A DNA stretch of 64,000 nt from Octopus bimaculoides (taxonomy: Eukaryota). The first letter of the stretch is position 1. Each line of letters starts with the position of its first letter. The notes under the pieces were generated by a model, which was not told the origin of the DNA, ran no database searches, and was given only the letters and a program-made list of their open reading frames with translations. Made by a program: the position numbers and the translations under genes. Below, one piece after another: positions 37,377 to 48,475 of this stretch. The stretch covers positions 40,154,852 through 40,218,851 of the forward strand of contig NC_068984.1 of the NCBI RefSeq assembly GCF_001194135.2. The letters are read 5' to 3'.

Positions 37377-38655
37377 ATCATCATCATTTATTGTCCGTTG
37401 TCCATGCTGGTATGGGTTGGATGATTTGACTAGGGCTGGCAAGCTGGAAGGTTGCATCAGACCCCAGTCTGATTTGGCATGGTTTCTACGGCTGGATGCT
37501 CTTCCTAATGCCAACCACTCTAAGAGTGTAATGGGTGTTTTTATGTGCCACCGGCACAGGTGCCATTTGCATGACACTGGTATCTGCCATGACTGCAATT
37601 TACTTGGCTTGATAGGTCTTCTTCTCAAGCACGACATAATGACAAAGGTCTTGGTCATTGCCTCTGTGAAGCTCAACACTCGAAAGGAGCTCAGCCACTT
37701 TGCCTTCATGAGGCCCAACTTTCAAAAGGCGCTTTTAATGTGCCACCAGCATGAGTGCCAGATACATGACACCAGCACCAGCCATGCATGACTATGGTTG
37801 CATTTGGCTTGACAGGTCTCCTCAAGCACAGCATATTGCCAAAGGTCTCAGTCATAAGTCATTGCCTTTGTGAGGCCCAAAGTTCGAAGATCATGCTTCA
37901 CCACATCGTCCCATGTCTTCCTGGGTCTATCTCTATTACAAGTTCCCTCTACAGTTAGAGATTGGCACTTCTTTGCACAGTTGTCCTTGTCCATATGTAT
38001 CACATGACCATACCAGTGCAGTCATCTCTCTTGCACATCACATCTTATGTCTCCTATGCTCAACTTTTCTCTCAAGATGCTTACACTCTGTCGAACATGC
38101 ATGCTGACATTGCACATCCGTGAAACATGCTGGCTTCATTCCTTTCAAGTCTATGCATGTCCTCAGCTGTTACAGCCAATGTTTCACTGCTGTGTAGCAT
38201 AGTTATTTGTACACAGGCATCATCCAGTCTGCCTTTCACTCTGAGAGAGAGGCCCTTTGTTACCAGCAGAGGTAGGAGCTCTCTGAACCTTGCCCAACCT
38301 AATCTTATTCTCACAGTTACGCTCTCGGAGCATCCACCTCCACTACTAAGTTGGTCACCTAGATAACGGAAGCTATCTACTACCTCCAGCTTATGCCAAT
38401 GGCAGCTGATGGAGTTTATTTTCTGTACATTATGGGTGTTTATTGTATCTGTGCATCTTCCACACACAAAAGCTATTTTCCATAAACTTTTCTTTGATAT
38501 TGCTGCACCACTTATATGTCCAAAGCTTACACCAGGTATATCTTATGGAGTTTTTACCTATGCTTTTTCTACAGATCAAGCAGGGCCATCTGTGTGAAGA
38601 GATATGTGATTTGTCAGCCTTCTTACTTACAAAAGACTTTTGTTTTTGCTACCAC
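37377..38655 (-). mobile_element. 5'-truncated RTE-clade LINE (RT C-terminus, 3' UTR, (GAT)n tail)
   Basis: ORF 38081..38467 LEVVDSFRYLGD...RIRLGWARFRELLPLL...LSLRVKGRL; downstream WYGHV...RPRKTWDDVVKHDL; frameshifted, non-functional. Confidence 0.92.
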
Positions 38656-39544
38656 TACCATCATCATCATCATCATCATCATCATCTATTTCTCCATGCT
38701 CCTTTGGGATGTGCATGCATTGAATACATAATGTTTTCAAGTATTTCTATCCTATGTATTCTGTGACTTTTTTTTCTTTTTCCTTTCCTTCAATGAATTG
38801 CATTCTTTATCTAATTCCAATTGTTCAGATAGTGTTAAATCAGCCTATCAAAGTAACATCAGCCTCAGCAGATTGTTCTTCCATGTGAAAACTTTCTCAT
38901 TCCCCATGGTTCAAGCTGCTGTGAATGAATAGAGCAAGTGTGTTTATCATGTATGCCAGAACTAGAGAAGTTGATTTCTTGGAAATCAAGACTTGGAGTC
39001 TTCTCTATTGCATAATGGTTCTATTTCAGGTGACTATTCTGCTAGGTGAAATATGAATATATGTAAATATACTTAGTGCCCTAAATGCTATTGAAGATTG
39101 TTTTTTTGTCCTTGCTTTTTAAATTTTTATATTATAGATTTTATGGATGATAGACAAAACCTTTTAAATGTTGACTTTTCATTATGTACCCTTTCGGCAT
39201 ATTAGAATGACACTTTAAATTTATGGTCTTTTCTCAATATTCATCAAATCTGTTCTTTAGTTGTTTGGTTGGTTGACAACAACTTGACAACCTCCCTTGG
39301 TAATTGATTTTGGTTTATATTGACCTTGTGAGAATGTTTGCTATCTTTATTAACTTTTTGTAACACTTCTAAAAAATAATTTATATCAGTCACCTTTTGG
39401 TGATAGCTGACTATATTTCAAAACATATTTTTTGAAAAATTTTAACTCCTCCTCATATTCCCCTACAGGCATATACCATACCTGCTCTCTTTTAATTTTG
39501 GGTCATAGGATATAAATAAAATACCTTGAATATAACTGCACATG

Positions 39545-39699
39545 GGCATGGCTGTATGGTTAAGAAGTTTGCTTCACAACTGTGATTTTGGATTCAGCTC
39601 CATTCTGCAGCAGCTTGCGTAAATGTTGTCTACTTTAGCACTGGGCCAACCAATACCTTGTGAGTGAATTTAGTAGATACAAACTGTGTGTGGGGAGCC

Positions 39700-39747
<48 letters not shown>

Positions 39748-39890
39748 CTTTGTGTTTATCTTCTCCTATCTGCTTGACATCTGGTGTTGGTTTGTTTATG
39801 TCCTTGTAACGTAGAAGTCTGGCAAAAAGAGACTTGTGAAATTAGTACTAGTCTTGAATTGTTCTACTAGACTGTTCAAAGTGATACCCC
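39545..39890 (+). mobile_element. tRNA-derived SINE family 1
   Basis: ggcatggctgtatggttaag head, (GT)n middle and conserved body. Confidence 0.75.
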
Positions 39891-39929
39891 AGTAAGGCTC
39901 TCTAAAAGTAATTGATAGCTTCTGTTGTT

Positions 39930-40300
39930 ATGGAGATCTAATTTGTTGCAGGGGCAGGTATTCTGAGAGCATAGTAGCCAGAGTAATAACTAGTTGGAGA
40001 AAGGTCTGAGAGCTGTTATTCCTGTTGGTAGCAAAGGGTTTCTCCATCAGAGTACTTCTGTGTCAAGTGTGATACTACATTGTAATGTAACATGAGCCTT
40101 GATCTTAGAAGATTTGCAAAGGCTAGAAAGAAATGAGATGGGCATGCTCCATAAGAAAAATCTGGTTCAGTGTGCAAGATTGAAGAGTGTCATGGTCTTG
40201 AAGTAAATGGAATCTGTGGAAGATGGATACCAATGGTGACTTGAGATAAAGAAGTGCAGACAGATCTGAAGCCATGGAAGAGATGATAAAGGACTGTGTT
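39930..40300 (+). mobile_element. old RTE LINE fragment (same family as 37377-38655, opposite orientation)
   Basis: GDL...SESIVARV..SWRK..ELL.LLVAKGFS...EDLQRLERNE. Confidence 0.7.
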
Positions 40301-43300
40301 AACTGATGGGACTGTGTGGGAATAGAGCTGCCTGCCCACTGAGATGTGGTAAAACAGGCATTAAAATTATTATATTTATGTATATACAGACATTTATTGC
40401 TGAGCATGTTGATAAATATACATGCATATCTGCTTACTGACTAGTCTACATCATTGATCTCTTGATACCCTCTCACCTCTCTAACACCCACATCACTTAC
40501 CCATCTATCTCTTGTCCTTCACATCACACATCTTCATCGCTCATCTGTATATTGCCCATCATACCACTGTTACCCATGTCCCCTATCACCTATACCTTTT
40601 TATCCCTTGCTTCTTGTGCCCATATCGTATCATTCATCTCTCAATCACTCCCCACTTTTATTAATCATACTGTACTGTGCTGTAGGTGTAACTAAGGATG
40701 GCAGTGGATCTCTCTTCTGTTCCCCGCACATTGCACTATCTCTCCCTTATGCCTTTGTTCTGTTTGCCATACATTACATTCTTTCATCCATATCTGTTCC
40801 TTGTCTTTCAATCACTCCATCCTCTTCTCAGTTCACACTGAGCTATGCTTTCAATATGATTGGGGATAGTAGTAGATCTTTTTGGTGTACCTTAGAGTAC
40901 TTCCAGTTAAGGTAACTAAGGTTGTCACATCATCTATTCTGACTCTCTCCTCATTACTTCTTTATGATACTCATTGGTACAGGACCCATGTACTCTCCAT
41001 TATACTTAAATGCTTGGCTTATCAAGCATGGAATACTTTTAATCATAGGTCTGCTTGGTCATCATTGACTTGAGCTTAAACAATAACTATATATCTGCTC
41101 CTTGCACTAATTCTTAAGCAAAGGAATAAAAATGATTTATCTTGACATTTTGAAGTTTTAAAGGAGTTGCAATGCTTAAAATGGCTTTCAGCATGTTGTA
41201 CTAGCAATGTAGTATCTATATACAAAAACTAAAGTATTCTTGACACTTATAAGTATTTCTATATTTTGATTTTGATTAAATATGAAAATTTTAAGGAAAG
41301 ATTTTACATTTGTCCCTGTTTTGTGGCATACTATATTTTAATATTTAAAAATCCATCTGGTTGAGTTTAAACTGCAATAATTAGTGTTCTTTGAATTGTT
41401 TTTGAAATTATAGAGAAAACCTATTCAATTTATTTCCATTTTGACTTGGTTATATTCAGTGAAAAAATTTGAGTGTTTTTGAATAAAAAAAATGTCTTTA
41501 AGTGTCAGGTAAGAAGAGTTATGCTTGATGTTTGCTTTTTTACCTCTCACACGTTGCACTCAACATAGTATGAAACTGTATTATTTAATCAACTCTAGCT
41601 TAATCTTTAAAAAAAGTTCATTAGATTAATGTTTTAAATATATAGATCCATATTCAGATAATTTTACACCTGACCTCAAAACTTTTAGTTAGTTGAAGTC
41701 AACTTGTTGCCAAATACATGCATACATATAACTGGAAAACATTCAAATATAAACAAGTGTAATAATCAGAGTAAAAAAATATATCGCATTAATTTTAATT
41801 AAAATTGATTAAGCATTTTAGAAACTGAATTTATCATAAATTTTAATGTCATATTTCAGTTTTAGTTTTATTGGAAGATGTTATTTTTGCTTCTTTTAGA
41901 GATGATATATGAGATTCAGAGATACAAGTGAAAGCTAAAATTTTACCGTTAATTAATTATAAATTTGTTACCAATTAAAAATTGTCAACATCTTGCATAT
42001 AACACTGCTTGGTTTTAATTCTCCCATAATAGTTTGTATGCTATTTCAATGTTGCAATATGTGTATATTTGCTATATTCTTTCTTGTGGGAGATAAAAAA
42101 GTTCTAGATCTAACAAACAAGGTTTCTGAAATCTGTTATCGATTAATTCTTATTTATTTTTATGTTTAAAGAGAAAATATTTAATTATTAAATGTTTTAT
42201 TACTACTGTAAAACTTAATGTCTCGATTCAGATAATTCTTTCTTTTGCCCTTTTTGCCAAGAATCCTCATTGACTTTAATTAATGACTTTTTTTTTCTCA
42301 TTACAAGTGTAATTTCATTTGATTGAAAATTCTTTATGGCTTACTACATTCAGGTGTTAACCTGCACTTCATAGAAAAGATCTTGTATAATTTTTTTGAA
42401 AACTTGATCCTGTTGTTTTACCTGTTGGTTACTTTGTGATTAAAACTTCAATAGTCTTGTATAGAGCTGTTATTAGTTGGATCTCACAAGGGAGTTAGCC
42501 ATTAGGTTACTATTATGAGGTTATTTTAATGTATATGATAATTTTATCATATAAACAATTCTCACTGATTGCTGTTTAAATGTTCAAAATGCTTTGTTTA
42601 ATAATTTTCTTTATAGTTTTTCTGCATTGTCAACCTTATCTTTAGATTGTATTTTAAAAACTTTTACATCTATATTACATTTTGATTGGTTGAGCTTCAT
42701 TTGTCATTGGATGTCATATTCCTAAGGATAATACTATCCTTAGGTTTCAAGTTTGGACCCAGTCTGAGAATTTGTACATATACATCAAGAATAAGGCAAT
42801 TGATGACAATCACAGATCAAGTCTGTTGAAACAGAGTGCAGAAGTAAATGTTTTAATATATATACTAAAGATAAGAAGATTAGTAGTCCAGAAAGTTATA
42901 ATCTTGTACATTCTCCTCTTCATTGCTGTGACTGTCTTTGCCGTCATCCTCATCATTGTCACTGACATTGTTGATGTTATTGTCATTGCCATCATCATCA
43001 TTATTAATGTCATGTGTATTGTTGACACTGTTATCATTGTCATCATCATCATGCCTATTGTTATTTTGTTTTTCCATGTTGGCATGGGTTGGATGTTCAT
43101 GTTATACAATACACATCATAGCCCCAGGTCATCCTACCCACTACCATTTCTTGGTCTCTTTTCATTCTTCTTGCATTCTCCATTTTCATCACACACTCCC
43201 AGATGCAGCGCAAGGGATTTTTCTACCATATACCTTACATTTCCTTTCATTTCTTTGTCCAACATTGCACACACATACATCAAATCCTGCACTCCTAAAT

Positions 43301-44292
43301 GTGCATATTACATTTGAAAGAATTTCTTGAAAAGCATATTGTAAATCTGAATGATATTTTACTCATTTTCTGACTTAGTATTGTTGTGAATACAGAAATA
43401 AAAATTTGACTTGGTACTTCATTATTAAGTAATTAACACTATAGAAAAGTAATACTGAATTGATTCAGTTTTTTTTTTTTCTTTTGCTATAATTGCATAA
43501 TTTGATATGGTTTATAAAATGGCCTCTCTTTAACTTTTGTCTTTTGTTCATTCTTTCTGATTAACTTCAACCTTTCATCTTGATTGCCAATGACTATGGC
43601 ATTCCATGTTTCCTTTAACTGTCTGTACTCTGGGTTCTGGTATTGTGCATATGTTTCATTTAGTTCTTCTATAATAAAGGATTTGTCAATATTACTGAAA
43701 GCTTTTTTTTTATACATTTTCCAATGAAATATATTTATTTTACTTATTACCACTATTTTGCAAATTTGACTGTGTTTTGTAATTAATTGATTCCACTGAC
43801 AAAAGAACTGTAGCAATCTTTTTTGCAGCAATCAAATAGTGGATATTAAGTGATTAAAAGTAATTCTGAATTTTTTTAGATTAAGCCATATGATGTTAAC
43901 TTGTACAAACTAACCAACTTTGACTTAATGTTAAACTAATATCTGGGCTGGATATTGATGGTTCTTCAGTACCCATCCATCATAGCTTTAGCATGATATG
44001 ATGATAAGCTATAATAATGAAATACATACATATGACTTGCTTGAGGCATCATTTATCAAAGGCTAAAATTGTTTTATTCTTCAATATGGAAAGGGCTGGT
44101 TGACAGCCTTATAACAATAGAGAGTCGTTGAAAGCTTTACACATCTTAATTCTTTTTGTTTTTGTTTAAGGGGAATTTTCTGTCTTAGTCATGGTATGCA
44201 CTTTAACATTGCTGATGTATCACAATTCCATTCCTGTAATGTCAGTTTGATGTTTGATTTCAGTTCTATAGAGATCATTATGAATGAAAATG

Positions 44293-44315
44293 AGAGAGAG
44301 AGAGAGAGAGAGATA

Positions 44316-44391
<76 letters not shown>
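44293..44391. repeat. (GA)n microsatellite with GATA interruptions
   Basis: direct reading. Confidence 0.95.
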
Positions 44392-44832
44392 TGCTGAACT
44401 TCTCTAATGGCAATCCATTTAGTTCCGAGTCAAGCTTTTCTGCATTCATAAGAATAATTGACAATATTTTTATCTTACTTTCATTGATTTTTCAGTTAAT
44501 TTCCTTTTTATGCATCATTTACTTTAAGTTAGAGATAGTGTGTGTATGTATGTATGTGTGTGTGTGTGGTCACTTCAAAACCATGTGGTCACTTCAAAAC
44601 CCAGTTAATGATGTAGTAGTTGACTTAGAGTGAAGAAAGTTGACTTAGAGTAATGAAACTGAATGAGTGAAATTAAGTGGAGAAAGTAACAAGAGCTAAT
44701 AGTGGAGAGTTGTCAAAGTAGAGATGATGTAAGCTTCTTGGGTTAGAGTTTTAAAAGTTAGACATCACAGATGAATTGATAGATATAGATGGCAGAAAAC
44801 TGAGTGGGTATGTCATCATGGTAAAACTAGAA

Positions 44833-45064
44833 TTAACTCTTTTGTTCCCACATTTCTGTTGAAATACACTCCTTTTGTTTCAGTTATTTTGAAAATAATG
44901 GAAGAATTTACAAAAATAGCAGTCATTATTAAGCTGGTGTTTGGCACATAAATTAACATGAAATTTTGATGGAATGTTATATTTAGTTTAGATCGCTTTA
45001 GAGCAGGAAGTTTGTATCATAGAATCAGTAGTGGTCTCAGGTAGACTGGTATCAAAAGGGCTAA
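44833..45064. mobile_element. piggyBac-type MITE remnant
   Basis: TTAA-ctcttttgttccca ... tggtatcaaaaggg-CTAA; degenerate short TIRs with TTAA-like target sites. Confidence 0.5.
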
Positions 45065-45416
45065 ACTGCTGCTGCTTATAGAGGTTATTATTTGAATTGA
45101 TTCTATGATGAAAATCCAGTAAAATTTCTATAACTGGAATTGAAATATTTATCTATCATTAGCTTTGTTTTCATTTTCATCCAGAATTTAATAGAAAGGG
45201 ATTGGCTTTTAAGTATCTACTTGATTAAATATTGAATTGAAATTCTTTAAAATATAATGTGAAAGGAAATTAGAAATTTAGGAATATTTCAATAATTTTA
45301 AATGACTTTATTTATATATATTTATTAAGTTTTTTTTTTTTTTTAATATTAGTATATTCATAGATGTAGAAAGTAATTTATATTTTTGATATTTTGAAAA
45401 ATTTTTTTTTTTGTAG

Positions 45417-45480
45417 TTCTGTAAGAATTGCTACAATACCTGGATTTGGAACCATCCTAGAAAATGTTACTCTACGAGAG
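45417..45480 (+). CDS. RELCH: RELCH exon (last found in window), phase 2 to 0
   Basis: tttttttttgtag|TTCTGTA...CTACGAGAG|gtttgt; SVRIATIPGFGTILENVTLRE, versus human SVRIATIPAFGTIMETVIQRE. Confidence 0.95.
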
Positions 45481-46989
45481 GTTTGTATATCTGTTTATAC
45501 TCTAAATTTCCGCCATATTTTCTGTCTGTTTTCTTTATTTCATTATAAGAATTGATATTGAAATGTTTTTCCAAATTCATGTTTACATGAATGGTTGGAA
45601 CTCTTCTTGATTTAAACTTATATTTTGCTAAGATATCCTACTTTATCAAGGCAAGTAATGAGTTCCATGTCTTGCTGTTCCAATTGATTATTTTCTCTCT
45701 GATGTTTTTCTTTTTCCTTTGTGGACCTGCCATGCAGATACATTTGCAGGAACCTGCTCTGCTCCTTTCTCTCATAGTAATTCCCTCACCCCCCTAACCA
45801 ACCATAGGGCTCATAGTCCTGCAAACTGCATGGCAACCTCAGCAGTGCAAGCGGTGTGAAAAAAAGCATCCATCCACACTGTAAAGTGGTCAGCATTAAG
45901 AAGGACATTTAACTATAAAAACCATGCCAAAGCAGACATTAGAGTTTGATGCAGTCCTTGGACACATCAGTTCCTTTCAAACCATGCAACACACACCAGC
46001 ATGGAATGTGGACATTAAATGATAACAATGATATATATGTATGCTTTTTATGATTTTCCTTAGGTGCAGCAATACTAATGACCAATTGTTAGAACTCAAT
46101 ATACATAACATTTAGAATAAAGCATTAGAGGAGGACAGAGTATAACATAAGTTATTGAATGGCAAGGGAACTGGAATCATGTAATCAACTTCATTGGTTT
46201 ATTTCATTAATTTCTGTTATATTTCATTAATTTCTGTTGTAAGAAGCAGTGTTCTCAGAGCTGAGTGTTTGTGCAACATCTTATAGCTGAAACAGTTGTA
46301 GGTTAATGAAGGTGATTATGTAATTCCTGTTTTGTGTCATTCAATAAAACGTGTGTGTGTCTACAGATATCTACCTGAAATTATAGAAGCATACACTTGC
46401 CCCATGTCTTTTAAGTACTATCTACAATTGTCCTCAAACAATTTCATCTACAAAAAAATATTTTTCCCCTTCTGCATTTAGAAACCATATCAAAACTAAG
46501 AGGATTCAATTCCACATAGTAGTTCTTGCCACAGCTGGCTAATCCTAAACTCTGATCACCATTCCCTGCCATCACCATTTTAATGTCTGCTTTTCCATGT
46601 TTGCATGGGCCGGATGAAAGTACATTGGGGTAGAGTTTTCTATGGTCAGAAGCATTTTGTGTTTCCAGCCTCCACTTGCTTCCAAATAAGGTAATTAATA
46701 AACAACAATAAACAGCTTGGACATACTTACGTGGAGAAATGGAAACAGCCATACAGGGCTTCTATATAAAGTATGCCTACACACACAGACATGCAAACAC
46801 AAAAATACATGTACTCATAGACAGATATGGCTGTGTGGTTGAGAATTTTGCATTCCAACCACATGGTTTCAGGTTCAGTCCCACAACATGCCACCTTAGG
46901 AAAGTTTCACACAGACACAGACACATACACACATATGTATAAATGTATTTATGTATATGCATATATATATATATGTGTGTGTGTGTGTG

Positions 46990-47030
<41 letters not shown>

Positions 47031-47039
47031 ACTAAAATT

Positions 47040-47270
47040 TACAGAAAGCAAAAAACAAAGGCAGGTGAAGGAACAACAAGGAGGTATATTAGTTTAACAC
47101 TTGGGAAGAATGGAAAAGTCTTTTACGTTTCAAGCTTACACTCTTCATCAGAAAGGATTGAGAGGAGAAAAATAATGAAGAGAGAATGAAAAAAAAACAA
47201 AAACAGAGAGAATACAAAAAATGGAGAGAGATAAAATGTATAGGGGCTAATGGTTCAACGTGATGAAATG
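47040..47270 (-). mobile_element. Penelope-like pseudo-LTR / retrozyme-like repeat
   Basis: reverse complement homologous to 24760-25020 and 57790-58320 (...gaaacgtaaaagactt...aaactaata...tgttgtt...cacctg). Confidence 0.7.
47120..47155 (-). ncRNA. minimal type I hammerhead ribozyme motif with intact catalytic core
   Basis: minus strand CUUU-CUGAUGA-A-GAGU-GUAA-GCUU-GAAAC-GUA-AAAG: stem I CUUU/AAAG, 4-bp stem II with GNRA loop, palindromic ACGU stem III, GUA cleavage triplet. Confidence 0.7.
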
Positions 47271-47275
47271 GTAGG

Positions 47276-47480
47276 ATCATCATCATCATCATCATCTTCG
47301 TTTAATGTCCGCTTTCCATGCTAGCATGGGTTGGACGATTTGACTGAGGACTGGTGAACCGGATGGCTACACCAGGCTCCAATCTGATTTGGCAGAGTTT
47401 CTACAGCTGGATGCCCTTCCTAATGCCAACCACTCCGAGAGTGTAGTGGGTGCTTTTATGTGCCACCAGCACGAAGGCCA
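47276..47480 (-). mobile_element. young RTE 3' end / RTE-tail SINE, running into a gap
   Basis: near-identical reverse complement of about 8235-8430. Confidence 0.85.
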
Positions 47481-48197
47481 GTATATATNNNNNNNNNNNN
47501 NNNNNNNNNNNNNNNNNNNNNNNNNNNNNNNNNNNNNNNNNNNNNNNNNNNNNNNNNNNNNNNNNNNNNNNNNNNNNNNNNNNNNNNNNNNNNNNNNNNN
47601 NNNNNNNNNNNNNNNNNNNNNNNNNNNNNNNNNNNNNNNNNNNNNNNNNNNNNNNNNNNNNNNNNNNNNNNNNNNNNNNNNNNNNNNNNNNNNNNNNNNN
47701 NNNNNNNNNNNNNNNNNNNNNNNNNNNNNNNNNNNNNNNNNNNNNNNNNNNNNNNNNNNNNNNNNNNNNNNNNNNNNNNNNNNNNNNNNNNNNNNNNNNN
47801 NNNNNNNNNNNNNNNNNNNNNNNNNNNNNNNNNNNNNNNNNNNNNNNNNNNNNNNNNNNNNNNNNNNNNNNNNNNNNNNNNNNNNNNNNNNNNNNNNNNN
47901 NNNNNNNNNNNNNNNNNNNNNNNNNNNNNNNNNNNNNNNNNNNNNNNNNNNNNNNNNNNNNNNNNNNNNNNNNNNNNNNNNNNNNNNNNNNNNNNNNNNN
48001 NNNNNNNNNNNNNNNNNNNNNNNNNNNNNNNNNNNNNNNNNNNNNNNNNNNNNNNNNNNNNNNNNNNNNNNNNNNNNNNNNNNNNNNNNNNNNNNNNNNN
48101 NNNNNNNNNNNNNNNNNNNNNNNNNNNNNNNNNNNNNNATTCTTCATTTTCCTATTATTTCTCCACGTGTGGTTAACACAACCCCACTATTTACTGA

Positions 48198-48234
<37 letters not shown>

Positions 48235-48436
48235 CTATGTACATAAATATGTGTTTATATATATATATATATATCCATCCACACACACACATGTGCACAA
48301 ATATATATATATAGTCAGCAGTTCAGTTGAGATCCAAAGATTCTTGGTTTAGAAAACACTTAGTAGCACTCAAATGTTTCAAACTTAGACTCTGATGTCT
48401 TAACACACACACACAAACACACACACACAGAGTGTG

Positions 48437-48475
<39 letters not shown>

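Noticed and set aside
42772-43330. Overlapping hydrophobic and Asp/Asn-rich ORFs
   Set aside because: Degenerate (CAT/GAT)n low-complexity tract next to an RTE tail remnant.
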